The position numbers and the translations under genes are program-made. A stretch of 63,559 bases of DNA, filler included, from Octopus bimaculoides (lineage: Eukaryota): the NCBI RefSeq assembly GCF_001194135.2. It is 5 parts of 5 records of this genome, joined end to end, with 100 filler letters (N's around TTAATTAATTAA, not from the genome) between each part and the next. Parts side by side here need not be neighbours in the genome. Positions count along the whole stretch, not along the records: positions 34,647 to 63,559 come from NC_068992.1; 4 more parts are not named here. One strand, written 5' to 3'. This document shows positions 50,272 through 63,455 of the stretch, piece by piece; the first letter of the stretch is position 1; each line of letters begins with the position of its first letter. The notes under the pieces were generated by a model. That model saw nothing but the letters and a program-made list of their open reading frames with translations. It searched no databases and was not told the origin of the DNA.

Positions 50272-50749
50272 CACCGCCGCTGCTGGGCACTTTTCCTCAG
50301 CCTTAAGGACGCAGTAATTGTGTCAAGGCCGACAGGAAGCGGTCCAACTTCCTAGGGCTAAACAGCAGTAGTGTATTCCCTTATTGGGATTGTCACATTA
50401 AGTTGACAATATACTACAACGTTGTCGCTCCACTACTGCTCAAATCTCTCTGAGAGATTTAGAAATATTATATTTCTAATTTTGCTGATCAGTGAATGAA
50501 CTTCACTATGATTTACATAAGTTTGTGAAGGAGAAACAGGCCTTTCTATTCGGCTGCTAGGCTGCTTCAGGCCGATGACGAGCAAAGACTCAGAAACATG
50601 TCCCTGAATGCTGACTAGGGTGGGTGGGGGAGCTTGTCTCCCCTTCACAAACTTAAGGACACAGGAAGCGGTCCAGCTTCCTAGGGCTAAACAGCAGTAG
50701 TGTATTCCCTTATTGGGATTGTCACATTAAGTTGACAATATACTACAAC
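50272..50749 (+). mobile_element. Hammerhead-containing, direct-repeat-bounded structured element (retrozyme/PLE pLTR-like)
   Basis: 89-bp direct repeats at 50332-50420 and 50661-50749 (1 mismatch), many internal hairpins, hammerhead at 50566-50608. Confidence 0.7.
50566..50608 (+). ncRNA. Minimal type I hammerhead ribozyme motif
   Basis: UUCAGG-CCGAUGA-C-GAG-CAAAGA-CUC-A-GAAA-CAUG-UC-CCUGAA: 6-bp stem I, 3-bp stem II, palindromic ACAUGU helix III, GUC cleavage triplet (cut after 50602); U4->C variant. Confidence 0.7.
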
Positions 50750-51482
50750 TTTATAAATATATATATATATGTGTGTGTGTGTGTATGATTGTATGATAGA
50801 TCGAATGTGTGTGCGTGTGTGACAGAGCGAAATTTATCATATGTTGCTGAATATTTTGTAATTAGAGTTAACCATCAATGTGAAAACGGTTTATAGACCA
50901 CCAAATACATACAGAAAACTGCAAGCATGCACACACATCGACTACCACTTATATAGAGAAATGTTGACATGTGAATATCAGTGTAATTCAATTTCAGGAG
51001 AACATACAGCTAGTGGGCATGATTTCGGTCTCTGATTTAGTAAACTCCATAAATCTGTGGATGAAGCATAAGAATCTAATGGAGTCGAGAGATAAGCAGT
51101 AGAATAGCAAAAAGAACTTCGCCCAGATTGAATATCGATATATGGTGAATTCATTTGAATTAAAAGTTCGATACTCAATACAATTAAAACATGATGAATT
51201 GCCGAAAGGTATCACGGCCGAATTTTATTGAAGAGAGCGATAAAGATGACGTCTGTGTTTCGAATATATTATTGTATGTTAATGATAAATTCTCGTCTCC
51301 AAAATTTAAACGAAATTTGTAAAATATTTAGCAACTCATTTCCCCGTCTATACTTCAATTCCTCCCAGTGTATAAGTATAGTTTCGATATAAGACTCTTA
51401 AATTATTTATAAGTGAGTTTAATTCTGTGAGAAGTTAAATATTTATTAGAGGAAGAGTCAGCAGTAATACGGAGCGGGAATG

Positions 51483-51799
51483 TTTATCCCTACTTAGATG
51501 TAGATGTTCTGTTAGAACAAACAATACTCCGGTAGATACAAAAAGAAAATCTCATGTTAGCTTTCGGTGAAAACCACGCTCTTGTTGATATTGTTAGCCG
51601 GGAGACAACTCCAATTCCAAAACCACCAGATCACGTAATTTCGTCCTTCCTTAGTCTTCTCCATGATGTACGCTTCACCTCGTAATGCAGAACAGCGGTA
51701 GCAGGACAAGCGCTGATATCGCCAATATGAGTTTCTCTCCGGGTATCTACCGTAGTATAGTTTGTTCTAACAGAACATCGATGTTTAAGTGGGCATAAA
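51483..51799. mobile_element. Degenerate MITE with ~80-bp TIRs
   Basis: GATGTTCTGTTAGAACAAAC (left arm) / GTTTGTTCTAACAGAACATC (right arm), with imperfect extensions. Confidence 0.7.
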
Positions 51800-52246
51800 T
51801 GTTACATCTGTCAGAAGTGGTGAGAATATACATTTTTTTTTAACTCGGGGAAAACAATTTCATGTGAATTCATGACAGTATTCCTATGCTGTATCCAATT
51901 AAATTCAAGCAACCAGAATTTCGCAGCACATACCATAGGATATTGATGCCCTTGAATAGCTCTTATATCATATCGAATTTAAACTGTATGCATGAAAGGC
52001 TTGTGTGAACGATGTAATGAAGTGAAATGTTATTGAATGATAGAAAATGTGAAGCAGAGGTGGAAGGAAATAGATTTAGATGCTCGGAGAATGTAAATTA
52101 TGTGAATATGCGTTCATTTTCATCCATATTTTAATGTAAAATGCATAAACCACGCGCCAAGTATTTTTTGTGAGGTGGGCTAGTTTCATAGATATCAACT
52201 TTCTTTTACGCTCGAAATAGAGAGCAGTAGTTTTCGAGGGAGGGGT

Positions 52247-52296
<50 letters not shown>

Positions 52297-52524
52297 AGAG
52301 AGCAANNNNNNNNNNNNNNNNNNNNNNNNNNNNNNNNNNNNNNNNNNNNNNGAGAGAGGAGAGAGAGAGACAGAAAGTATTAAGGAGAATTTTAAAATTG
52401 ATAGAAAATAGAGAAATAGGAGATGACAAGTTAGTACCTAGAGGTTTCAGAGGTAGGCAGTAAAGCAAACAGCAAGTTAACTATAGTAAGAGATGAATAA
52501 GATTGAGAGGAGAAGATAGAGAAG

Positions 52525-52573
<49 letters not shown>

Positions 52574-53117
52574 AGAGAGCAAAGAGAGAGTAGAACGAAT
52601 GATAGTAAAGCAAACGAATAAGGAAGATTGGAAGTTGGTTATGTAATGTGACAACAAAACGTAGGTTAAGAAATTGAAAGAATGATATAAGGGATGACGA
52701 TTATAAAGGCAGCGATTGTGTTAGGTATTAACGTATGATATAAAGCATGGGGAGATGACGGGAAATGAAGACAGGCTCAATATACAGAATTATTATGAAG
52801 GCGAACAGGTCATTCAACGTTTTCTCTCTTCAGTCGAGATCCAGATTATCCTTGCAATTTCGGCTGGTTATTCTTAATATTGCTCCAATCTGGCCAGTCC
52901 CAAGAGCATTAGATTCTTTGGAAGAATCAGCGAATTTATACAAAAACGGAAAAAACCAACAATGTTACACAAATACAGTAAGAAAAATAATAACAGGACA
53001 TAACAACAGATGTCTTTTGACTAAGGACGAATTGAATTAAGCTGGCGTGTATGGAAATAAGGCTTTACAGCAGGGATACAAGAATTCACAAGCACAGGGA
53101 GGAATAACAATGTTGCA

Positions 53118-53158
<41 letters not shown>

Positions 53159-53199
53159 GTACATACATACTGGTTGCCAACTCGATTTCGAGTAGAGTC

Positions 53200-54245
53200 A
53201 TTGCCTAATTTCTTTATGCCATAGAATACCATCGATGAGCTGCATGAATATGGATTTTGAAGACAACCAATTTTTCAAGCCACTGTTTAATCCGCATACT
53301 TTATGACAGAGTATGCATTCGAAAGTATCTGTCTATCTATACAATGTGCAATTGTGCAACCTGTGATTTCATATGACTCTTTAGCTCAGCCATACTAAGA
53401 CAAATCTTTCCACATTCATCACATGTAAGATCATCACGCTAATCAATGCTTGTTAGAAAATCATTCCTGTAACTTTTTCTCACCTTCTTTTGATGTTTAC
53501 ATGCTCCATTCTCTTCCTTTCAAATTCCTGTTTGCCTTCATACACAACTTTTTTCCATTTTTCTCATCAATGCGCTATATCTTCCCAGTTGTCAATTGGA
53601 ACATTTATTCTGCCCAATCCTGACTTCAGACAATCTTTGTACTCCATCTTTGGTTTGTGGGACGGACGCTTACCTGTTGTCTATAATTCTGACTAAGTGT
53701 CCACTCCGTCTCAGTCTGTACTGCAATAACAAATCTTCAATACTGAAGCATTTCCGTCTTTCAAGCACCTCATCGTCATTCACAAACATTTTCCAGGTGA
53801 TCCTCAAAATCCTTCTGAGACATTGTTGATGAAAACGTTCCATAAGTTTTAAATGCTTACGATACACAGTCCAAGTTTCGCAAGCATATAATAACAGAGG
53901 TTAAGATACACCTTAATCATTGTCGCAGTAAAAATACCTTGTCTATACCATAGTCGGTTTTCCATTTTGCCAAAAGCAAAACTGGCTTTTTGAATGCGTA
54001 GTGACACTTCATCATTAAGATTTGCTGATGTGTTTAGTTTGCTTCCTAAGGAAACAAACTTAGAAACCACAGCAAGTTTTCTTCCATACACGAAGATACC
54101 AGATTCTATGTACGGCATTCCTGGTGCTAGCTGAAACATAACATTAGTTTTGGTTAGATTTATGGTTAAGCCAAATGCCTTGCAAGGCATTGAAATTGCA
54201 TTCATAAGATTTTGCCTGTCCTCCTCAGTATGAGTGACAATATCA
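53200..54245 (-). mobile_element. RTE-clade (BovB-like) LINE, RT C-terminal fragment
   Basis: CKAFGLTINLTKTNVM, EVSLRIQKASFAFG, YACETWTVYRKHLKLMERFHQQCLRRILRITW, LRRSGHLVRI are RTE RT/post-RT consensus motifs; frameshifted. Confidence 0.9.
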
Positions 54246-54954
54246 CTATATTTTATACCCCCTTTCTATGGAAACAACTTGATGCATTGGTGAAAAATCA
54301 ACGGCATTGGAGACCAGGAGGATTAAAGTTGTCACAGAGGAAATCCTGGCTGACATACAGAAATGAAGCAATCTCAATATTGGAAAAGATTTTCCTGTGT
54401 GATGTTGATTCGTCACGGGTACCAAGATACAGATATCATAAACAAGTCCCTCAATCTGTGATATATCAAGCTACTTAGAGAGCAATCTAGATATTGTTTC
54501 ACGTATCCATTTATATTTGTCTGGATTGCAATAAATACGCATCGCTAAACTTTACAACTATTGAACAAAAATATATAGTCATTGAGCAAATAAATTCAGC
54601 TCCAGAAAGGATATGCTTTAAATCAATGGTTAGCGTTACTAAGTGACCATACAATGTCTTGTAAATCAATTACTTGCATTTTGGAGGCGTTTTGCTATTT
54701 TCAAGTATATAACATTTTCTCATTATATGTTATAACGTTTCCCTTTTTGTAAGTGATAATTTGATATCATATGGTTGGTTATGTGTATCAATGTTGTATA
54801 TACGTATCACTCTTAATGATTTTCAACACAAAACTATGCACTTCTCTTTCTATAACGATTGTCGATTAACCACAGCTGGTTTGAGAAGTATATGCTTAGA
54901 TGGTATGATTATATAAATAAATTAATATGCGTACATAAATGTTTGTACTTATGA

Positions 54955-55035
<81 letters not shown>

Positions 55036-55165
55036 ATCTATCTATCTATATATTATTTATATACATATGTGTGTATGTCAATAAGTGTGCGTTCGTATGT
55101 GTAGTGTACGCATACGAGCGCTTCCTGGTCGCATATACATATACACTTACGCAAAAAGGCATACG

Positions 55166-55222
<57 letters not shown>

Positions 55223-55699
55223 NNNNNNNNNNNNNNNNNNNNNNNNNNNNNNNNNNNNNNNNNNNNNNNNNNNNNNNNNNNNNNNNNNNNNNNNNNNNNN
55301 NNNNNNNNNNNNNNNNNNNNNNNNNNNNNNNNNNNNNNNNNNNNNNNNNNNNNNNNNNNNNNNNNNNNNNNNNNNNNNNNNNNNNNNNNNNNNNNNNNNN
55401 NNNNNNNNNNNNNNNNNNNNNNNNNNNNNNNNNNNNNNNNNNNNNNNNNNNNNNNNNNNNNNNNNNNNNNNNNNNNNNNNNNNNNNNNNNNNNNNNNNNN
55501 NNNNNNNNNNNNNNNNNNNNNNNNNNNNNNNNNNNNNNNNNNNNNNNNNNNNNNNNNNNNNNNNNNNNNNNNNNNNNNNNNNNNNNNNNNNNNNNNNNNN
55601 NNNNNNNNNNNNNNNNNNNNNNNNNNNNNNNATATATATATATATATATATATATACACGCACACACATATATATCAGTTTGACATATCATACCTTTGA

Positions 55700-57811
55700 A
55701 ATAATGTGACTATAACATAAATGTTTATTGGAAATGTAACTTACGAAACATGTGTGGCTATCATTCTTCTTTCACCGTAATGTTTCAACATATATTTAAA
55801 CATTATTTTCGTTTAAACTTAATCCTTGGCTTGTCCGTTCCATTTATTCTAATAAATCCTATTCGACATCAGCCCCAAATTTTCTTTTCTATTTACATAA
55901 AATATTTTGATGGGTATTACTTTCGTTTGTTTGTTGTTTTGTATTTTATATCATATTATATACATTTATTTATTTATTGGCTACGAGGTCTGATAGCTGA
56001 GATGAATGGCAGTAATCAGACGATAAATTCTACAATCTCATCCAGTTAGAAAATCTAATAAACTAAGTAATAATAAACGTGGAAAGAAATCTATTCTTTT
56101 TATTTTTTTTATTTTCTAGTATATATGTTAAATATATTTTCTGCGGAGAATCGATATATAACCTTAAAAAACGAAGTAATTCGCAAAGAAATAATTCAAT
56201 AATAAAGCCAGACCACCAATGAAGAATATAAGCAAGTTGGTTGAAATAAATGCATTGCTTTAGTTACAATATCATTAAACGTAATATAAGCTGATTGATT
56301 TATTATTTAATTGAAGGGAAACTAAAAGTGTAATAAACAAATCAAATATCGATTATCTTCTGACAAATTCTAGAATTTATTTCTTTTTATATGGTGGAAA
56401 CGATAAGCTTAAATTTTTCGCATAAAATCTGATTTGATGTTTTCTCGAAATATGTATGTGCGAATCAATAATTTAAATAGTATAATTTACTTAAGAAAAC
56501 CTAGAAATATAATGATTTTAATAAAGGCTCAGGGTATTAAAAAATATTAAAAAAATACTGAACTTTGTTTTTAACAAGATTAATCGTTCCTATATTTCGA
56601 AGAATCGAGAAATAGAACATTTATAACTTCTTTGCCTTTCAGAATGAAATTAAGTCTGTAAGAGTTGTCTTAAAACAGATACGGAATAAAGACCAACTAA
56701 TGTTAATTCAGAGGTATCTGTGTTTCATTTCTTCAACATCTACTCTTGGTGGCAGCTCAGAATTTTCATATTAAACCTTACATATATACAATTATGTCAG
56801 TGCTCCACCCACCGAATTCAGCGTAATAGAAGAAATTTAATGAGTGTAATTGACCCCTGTGTATCCTTGAAGTAATCTACTAACAGACTTGGTACCACAC
56901 TATGCGATACAGTAATACTAATTTAAATTACAGATAGACACATTTCATTAGGATTGTGCATATTCCCCCGTTCCCCCGCACAGCTTCGTTCATATGAGTA
57001 GGAACGACTAGAAGTTGCAGTAGAAATCTCCTCATGGTTTCGCAATGCAGGAGTAAATCTAGAAATTCATACACAAAATTAATCAGTTATTTATGATGAT
57101 TGCAAAGAGAAATTACTCCAACCAATATGCAGACATACCTGGCAACCTACAACATACATACCTCACTACCCATACTGATGTGTCTACAAAATGTGAAGGT
57201 TTAAAGGAAACTGTTCCAGAACGATGAGTAGATACACAAGGGAAGAGACAGGCAGACAGACAGACACACTCACGCGTACACAATCACGCATACATACGCA
57301 TACACACACTCACACAAATATATGCACATATGCATACATGAATGTGTGTTCTCGGTGTTGTTGTAGTCTCTGAAGGGACGTAATGCGACTATATGTTCAA
57401 ACCTTAAACTATTATGTCATCGTTGAAGTGTAATTGTAATTGTATTAATCTAAAGTACACAAAAACCGTTATATTCAGTTTTCGTTGATTTGTAGGGTCT
57501 GTAAAATGACGGTGATACTAGTGCAAGTTTATTAGCGACACAGTTCTACTGAAGCCCTTTGAAACATATTTACTCTTCGCTCTTATACAAGCCATTTTGT
57601 TTTCTTTCTAGAATATTTTAAAGGTCCGTGCGTTAGAGTGTATAGCTCTCGTTTAATGTCATTAAGGTCACTTTGAAGTTAAATAATTTTCATTTTACAA
57701 CTTTCCATGATTTTATTTGCTGTGACGACATCTTACTTCATTTCTTTAACTACACATTTGGTTGTACACATTTTATGTTGGTTACGTTTGAATTTACGAT
57801 CACTAGAATAA
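55700..57811 (+). pseudogene. Possible third decayed LRR/TLR-like remnant
   Basis: FYNLIQLENL (~56026), KNISKLVEI.../SYNIIK (56222-56279), FNECN*PLC (56836), hydrophobic MILFAVTTSYFISLTTHLVVHILCW (57707). Weak. Confidence 0.3.
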
Positions 57812-60402
57812 AAAAGAGACGGAACTGAGATATTTGAATAATCTGTTATGAACTGTCACAAAAATGGAAGCTAGAAACGTCTTAAAGGTCAAACACATCA
57901 AGAAGCCCTTATAGTCGTAATTTCATCACTGCAGAAAGGAGACGCTTGAGATATATAAAACATGACAGCAGCTAAGTCTCAAACATCTGCTGTGGAGCAG
58001 CGTCAGTGCCCAAATAACAGCGGTGCGGCGGAGGTTGTGAAACTTCAAGAAGTATAAAAAAAATTAGTATATAAATTTTGAAGGGCAATAAATAGCAAAA
58101 AAATAACTACCATGACGTGATAGTCATACAATCCATATTATACAACGAAGCATATTTTTAAGGAAAGAATACAACCTATAACACTGAATATATAAAATTC
58201 CATATATTTCTATGCCTCAAAATTTATGTTTATATCTCAAACCAATCTTTTGTTATCAAAAATGTTTATCTTTGCATCTCTATAGTAATTTGTACGGTTA
58301 TAAGACCAAATCTTTTGACAAATCAATTTTTATAGTTATTTCATAATTGTTTTTCTTTTGGTTACAACATATAGCTGAGAAGCCTAGACTGACAAAAGCT
58401 GTCAATGAAAATTAAACTCCTGCCATGTAAAATTCACAACATGAATACATTTTTAATGTCTTTAAGGAATGGAAGAAATTTACAAGAGCTCCATCTCTCC
58501 AACTCGCTAAAAGACATGACATTTTAGATTTATAAGTCAAATATACACTAATATTTGAACGTGATTTACGTCATAAGACGTAAATTATATATATATATAT
58601 TGGCATAGAATGTCTAGGAAATAGAATTATGTTCCAGTTGGAAAGGTTAACTTCCCTTAGGTGCGCATTGTAATTCTTGAAAGGATGAGCAATTATCAAT
58701 TTACCCTTCTCAAAAGTGTCTCGGTTTCCTCTCTAGACAAAACGCAAAAATCTATCTTAAAGCTTATCCCCAAAGTATATTGGAAGTTTGAATATTCAAT
58801 CTCGTTAAAGAAAACAAAATTATAGAAGCAAAACAGTTGTAAATGTTGTGAAAAGTGATAATTTTGCCTTTGATCAAATATAGTTTATAGGTGCATAGCA
58901 TCTCGGTGAAGAATGTAAAACTTAGGTGAGAAAATTGAGAAATTGCTGCTCACCGATATGAACACTGCGTATTATGTGTTCAGACTTAGTTTCCATATGC
59001 ACACCATTATCAGTTTCGCCGCTGTAAATTCAGAAAGTAAATCATTGTTTCGTTCCGTGTAAGTCCGTGTGTAATAACGGTATTATTCAGATTTTCGATA
59101 CGGTATAGAGAAATATATGAATATATTAATATATCATGATCAAATATGACAATAATGAAATGTTAGCTATGCTGAACGTCTTAAATTATTTCAATATGAA
59201 TTGTAACTGTTGCTTTTAGTAATATACCACGAATATTTCACTTTTTTATTGGTCACCCCCATTTTATTCAGACAAATATATTAGGGATGTCAAATGCACT
59301 AATATATTTCAAAGAATATCTATTTAGGAGGTTGAATTATATATTTCTTTACACAAAAAATAAGGTTATACATAGTTTCATGCGTGGTTGTACAGTAAGA
59401 AGTTTGTCTCCCAACCACATAGTTCTGGGTTAAGCCCCTCTGTATGGCACCTTGAGCAAGAGTCTTCCATTATAGCTTCGGGTCAACCAAAGCCTGTGAG
59501 TGAAATAAGTAAAAGTTAAAAGGTAAAAGAATAGAAAACCGCCGTTTCTCATAAAGAGAAATATTTATCCCTCAGACTTTCCCCTATAACCTTGAAATGT
59601 AATGATGGTATAATTGCATGAAATAAGAAATTTAATCATCATTAATCAACTTGGGTTAAACTAATACATGCTAAACGAATTCCGTGTGGGGGAAAAAATG
59701 CTGGACTTCACTTGTGTGCCTTGAGTAAGATTATGACTTGGATTTCAGCAGGGATTTATTTATACAGAATCAAAAAAAAAAAGCAAATAATCCACATAGA
59801 GTTCCTTATACCGCTCTAGTAAATAGCGCAGACCAAATGAAATATATTTTATTCTGTTTTTGTGCGTGTCTTTTATGTCAGATTTGTTCTTGCTTTTGTG
59901 TTAGCATAGCAAATCCTTCGCTTTTCACTATCGTTAATTTGATTTTATATTGTTAGTATGTTTGTATCAATAGTGCGTAATAGTGTTACTCATAGTTAAT
60001 TATCTAACTTCTTTTCCTTCTGTAAACACTGTGGACGTTCCAAACAGCTTGAGAAAACTATGCTACAATGATAAAAGAAAAAGGACTCCGAATCACCCAT
60101 TACAAGCAAGCAAAAGTTAAATTTTCCCATATGCATGTAAATTAATTTTGGGAAATTCGTTCTTAATTTCTTAAAATTACTCCCTCGCCTCTACCTCAGT
60201 GTCATTAGCAATTACTGCTAAATGTGTGCTTCGTTCTTTCAACAATTCAATTACGTGAGCATTGTTTTGCATCACTATTCAGTAAATCACAACTTACCAT
60301 TTTTATCGAAAATTTTGCTACTTGAGTTATTTCCCTTAACCATTTATATTTTTTAAAATTAAATTAAAGAAGATTCATTCCGAATTATGTATTTTCAATC
60401 AA

Positions 60403-60845
60403 TATTATACACCCGATTAAGGCGGCGAATGGGCAGAATCGTTAGCGCGCTGGGCAAAATATTTAGCCGCATTTAGTCCGTCTTCACGTTCTGAGTTCAA
60501 ATGCTGCCGGTTCGACTTTGCATTCCATCCCTACGGAGTCGATAAAATAAGTAGCAGTTGAACACTGGGTGGGGGTAGGATGATGTAATCGATTTAACCT
60601 CTCGCCGATATTATACACCCATTTAAGACGACGAGTTTGCAGAATCGTTATCACGCCGGGGAAAATGCATAATGACGTTTCGTCCGATTTTATATTCTGC
60701 GTTCAAATTCCGTCAAAGTCGATTTTGCATTTCATCCTTTCGGTGTCGATAAAGTAAATACCAGTTTATCACTGGGGTCAATTATGATCTGTTACACCTA
60801 GCTCGAAATTGCTCGTCTTGTGCGGAAATGTGAAGCCACTATTAT
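60403..60845 (+). mobile_element. Two tandem degenerate SINE family B copies
   Basis: Both start TATTATACACCC..TTAAG(G/A)CG.CGA and contain TCTG(A/C)GTTCAAAT and GTCGATAAA; another copy at 49095-49260. Confidence 0.75.
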
Positions 60846-62365
60846 AAATATGATAGTTTTCCATTTCCAGACAACCATCGCCAGGAAGATATGACAAAAA
60901 ATTTTCTATCCCAATCGCGAATTAAAAATTTAGTTTTCAATTGCAATGTTCTCTTTAATGACTAATGATTTGAAGTTAATTCAGTGAAAAAATATAAAAT
61001 ATTTCAGCATTGAATATTTTTCGTGTATTGAAAACCATCTAACAATTATTTCGATTAATTTCGTGGATTGTTTTTTCTAGAATCAGCCTTGTGTATTTTA
61101 TACTTCCTTCCTCTCTGCTATACGGTTTTGAATACTTTCTGGAGATATATTTATTAATATAATTACTGGAAATAAGTAGCAGTATACAACTGGGGACCAT
61201 ATAATCGATTTACTCCCATCCTCCAAAATTGCTGGCCTTGAGCGGAAACTTGAAACGAATATCAAAGGTTAAAATCGTAAATATCCTTATAGCAAGAATT
61301 TTCTGGATATTACCAATCGATGCTGGATTACATAATAAGAATTGAGAAGTAGAAAAAAAAAGATATTTTATATAATTCAAAAAGAAAGGTAATTTAGCCT
61401 ATCAGTAAAAGACTATTTTATTGTTGGAAAGGAACAATTATATGCCAATACAGTGCTTTACATTAGAGACGTCATCAATTAATCTAACATTTGAATAGAG
61501 AAGAATTATTGTCAAAGGATGTCTTGTGGAAGTCCAATAATCCATTTATTGCATCAAAGTTCATCTGCAGCATTTAGACATTTTAATTATTTATTTATTC
61601 AGATAATATCGTCTTCATTGACTTTATGACAATAGGAGATAATAATAAGAATATTAATATAATCTTATTTTTACGCACACACATACATACATTCATCTTA
61701 TGAATTTATATATATATATATNNNNNNNNNNNNNNNNNNNNNNNNNNNNNNNNNNNNNNNNNNNNNNNNNNNNNNNNNNNNNNNNNNNNNNNNNNNNNNN
61801 NNNNNNNNNNNNNNNNNNNNNNNNNNNNNNNNNNNNNNNNNNNNNNNNNNNNNNNNNNNNNNNNNNNNNNNNNNNNNNNNNNNNNNNNNNNNNNNNNNNN
61901 NNNNNNNNNNNNNNNNNNNNNNNNNNNNNNNNNNNNNNNNNNNNNNNNNNNNNNNNNNNNNNNNNNNNNNNNNNNNNNNNNNNNNNNNNNNNNNNNNNNN
62001 NNNNNNNNNNNNNNNNNNNNNNNNNNNNNNNNNNNNNNNNNNNNNNNNNNNNNNNNNNNNNNNNNNNNNNNNNNNNNNNNNNNNNNNNNNNNNNNNNNNN
62101 NNNNNNNNNNNNNNNNNNNNNNNNNNNNNNNNNNNNNNNNNNNNNNNNNNNNNNNNNNNNNNNNNNNNNNNNNNNNNNNNNNNNNNNNNNNNNNNNNNNN
62201 NNNNNNNNNNNNNNNNNNNNNNNNNNNNNNNNNNNNNNNNNNNNNNNNNNNNNNNNNNNNNNNNNNNNNNNNNNNNNNNNNNNNNNNNNNNNNNNNNNNN
62301 NNNNNNNNNNNNNNNNNNNNNNNNNNNNNNNNNNNNNNNNNNNNNNNNNNNNNNNATATATATAA

Positions 62366-62739
62366 TCAAAACAAGCAACAAGGATATCCAAAGTTAATGC
62401 AGTGCGATCGTTTCATGCGACTCCATTTATTTAAGCAATGTGAACATTGCATCAAATGTAAAATGGAGAGCAATCCTTAGCTGCACAAAGCTATAGCCTG
62501 TTAGGTTTGACTAAGTCAAACTAGTTTTTTGTATTCTTCCTTTCTACTTGAAGAGTTTAAATGTCGTTATAAAAATATGTCCTGTTGAAATGTTTTTTCA
62601 GTACATTTCTATAACTTTGTGCAGCTGAGGACTGCTCTGCATTTTACATTTGATGTAATGTTCACATTGCTTACATAAATGGATTCGCATGGAACGATCG
62701 TACTGCATCACCTTTGGATATCCTTGTTGCTTATTTTGA
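62366..62739. mobile_element. Foldback MITE with ~130-bp TIRs
   Basis: 62366-62496 vs 62609-62739 are imperfect reverse complements (CAAGGATATCCAAAG / CTTTGGATATCCTTG). Confidence 0.8.
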
Positions 62740-62822
62740 ATTTAATCACCTTATTTTGAAATTGTATGGATAAAACCATACTTAATTCTTGTGCCTAAAA
62801 TTAAGTACCATATTCACGTTGA

Positions 62823-62877
<55 letters not shown>

Positions 62878-63017
62878 CATATATATATATATATCTATAC
62901 ACGTATATGAATAATATATAGAGACCCAAACATATATGTATATATGTACGTATCTCTGTCTTTCTTTCTCTCTCTCTCTCTATACCTCTCTCTATATATG
63001 TGTGTGTGTGTGAATAG

Positions 63018-63050
<33 letters not shown>

Positions 63051-63114
63051 TGGATAGAGAGTTAGACAAACAGACAGACAGACACACACACACACACACA
63101 CACGTGTATGTATT

Positions 63115-63305
63115 CTTTTATTCTTTTATGCGTTTCAGTCACTTGACTGTGGCCATACTGGAGCACCACCTTTAATCGAGAAAATCGACTCCAGGTCTTA
63201 TTCTTTGTAAGCCTAGTAGTTATTCTATCGGTCACTTTTACGGGGACTTAAACACACCACCATCGGTTGTCAAGCGATGTTAGAGAGAGACAAACAGAGA
63301 CACAT
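63115..63305 (-). mobile_element. SINE family A, 3' half
   Basis: Reverse complement of the 8750-8940 tail. Confidence 0.8.
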
Positions 63306-63361
<56 letters not shown>

Positions 63362-63455
63362 GATACAGAAATAAATTTATTTCTCAAACGCGTGATAATG
63401 GTATAAATAGCGTGATCAGGATAAATCATCCATTTATTGCAGAAAAATACGTTAC

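Larger units (their letters stand above)
46200..53040 (+). pseudogene. Decayed Toll-like receptor, copy 2 (interrupted by repeats and gaps)
   Basis: LSMEKNII (47112), RNLEELHL (48794), IPSNLETMSLKG (49441), KLTF*DLT (~50056), LRRCT-like EGNRFRCS (52063), TIR-like YDI...EDR...YEGEQVIQRFLSSVEIQIILAISAGYS*YC (52734-52885) and LVILNIAPIWPVPRAL. Confidence 0.45.

Noticed and set aside
50278-50370. Possible HDV-like ribozyme (CTGCTG/CAGCAG pairing, GGC/GCC, GGCTAA)
   Set aside because: I could not place a P1 helix in the required nested double-pseudoknot order.
52245-52620. Repeated (GA)nGGGGGAGAGAGCAA motif
   Set aside because: Low-complexity sequence next to a gap; likely a microsatellite or assembly effect.
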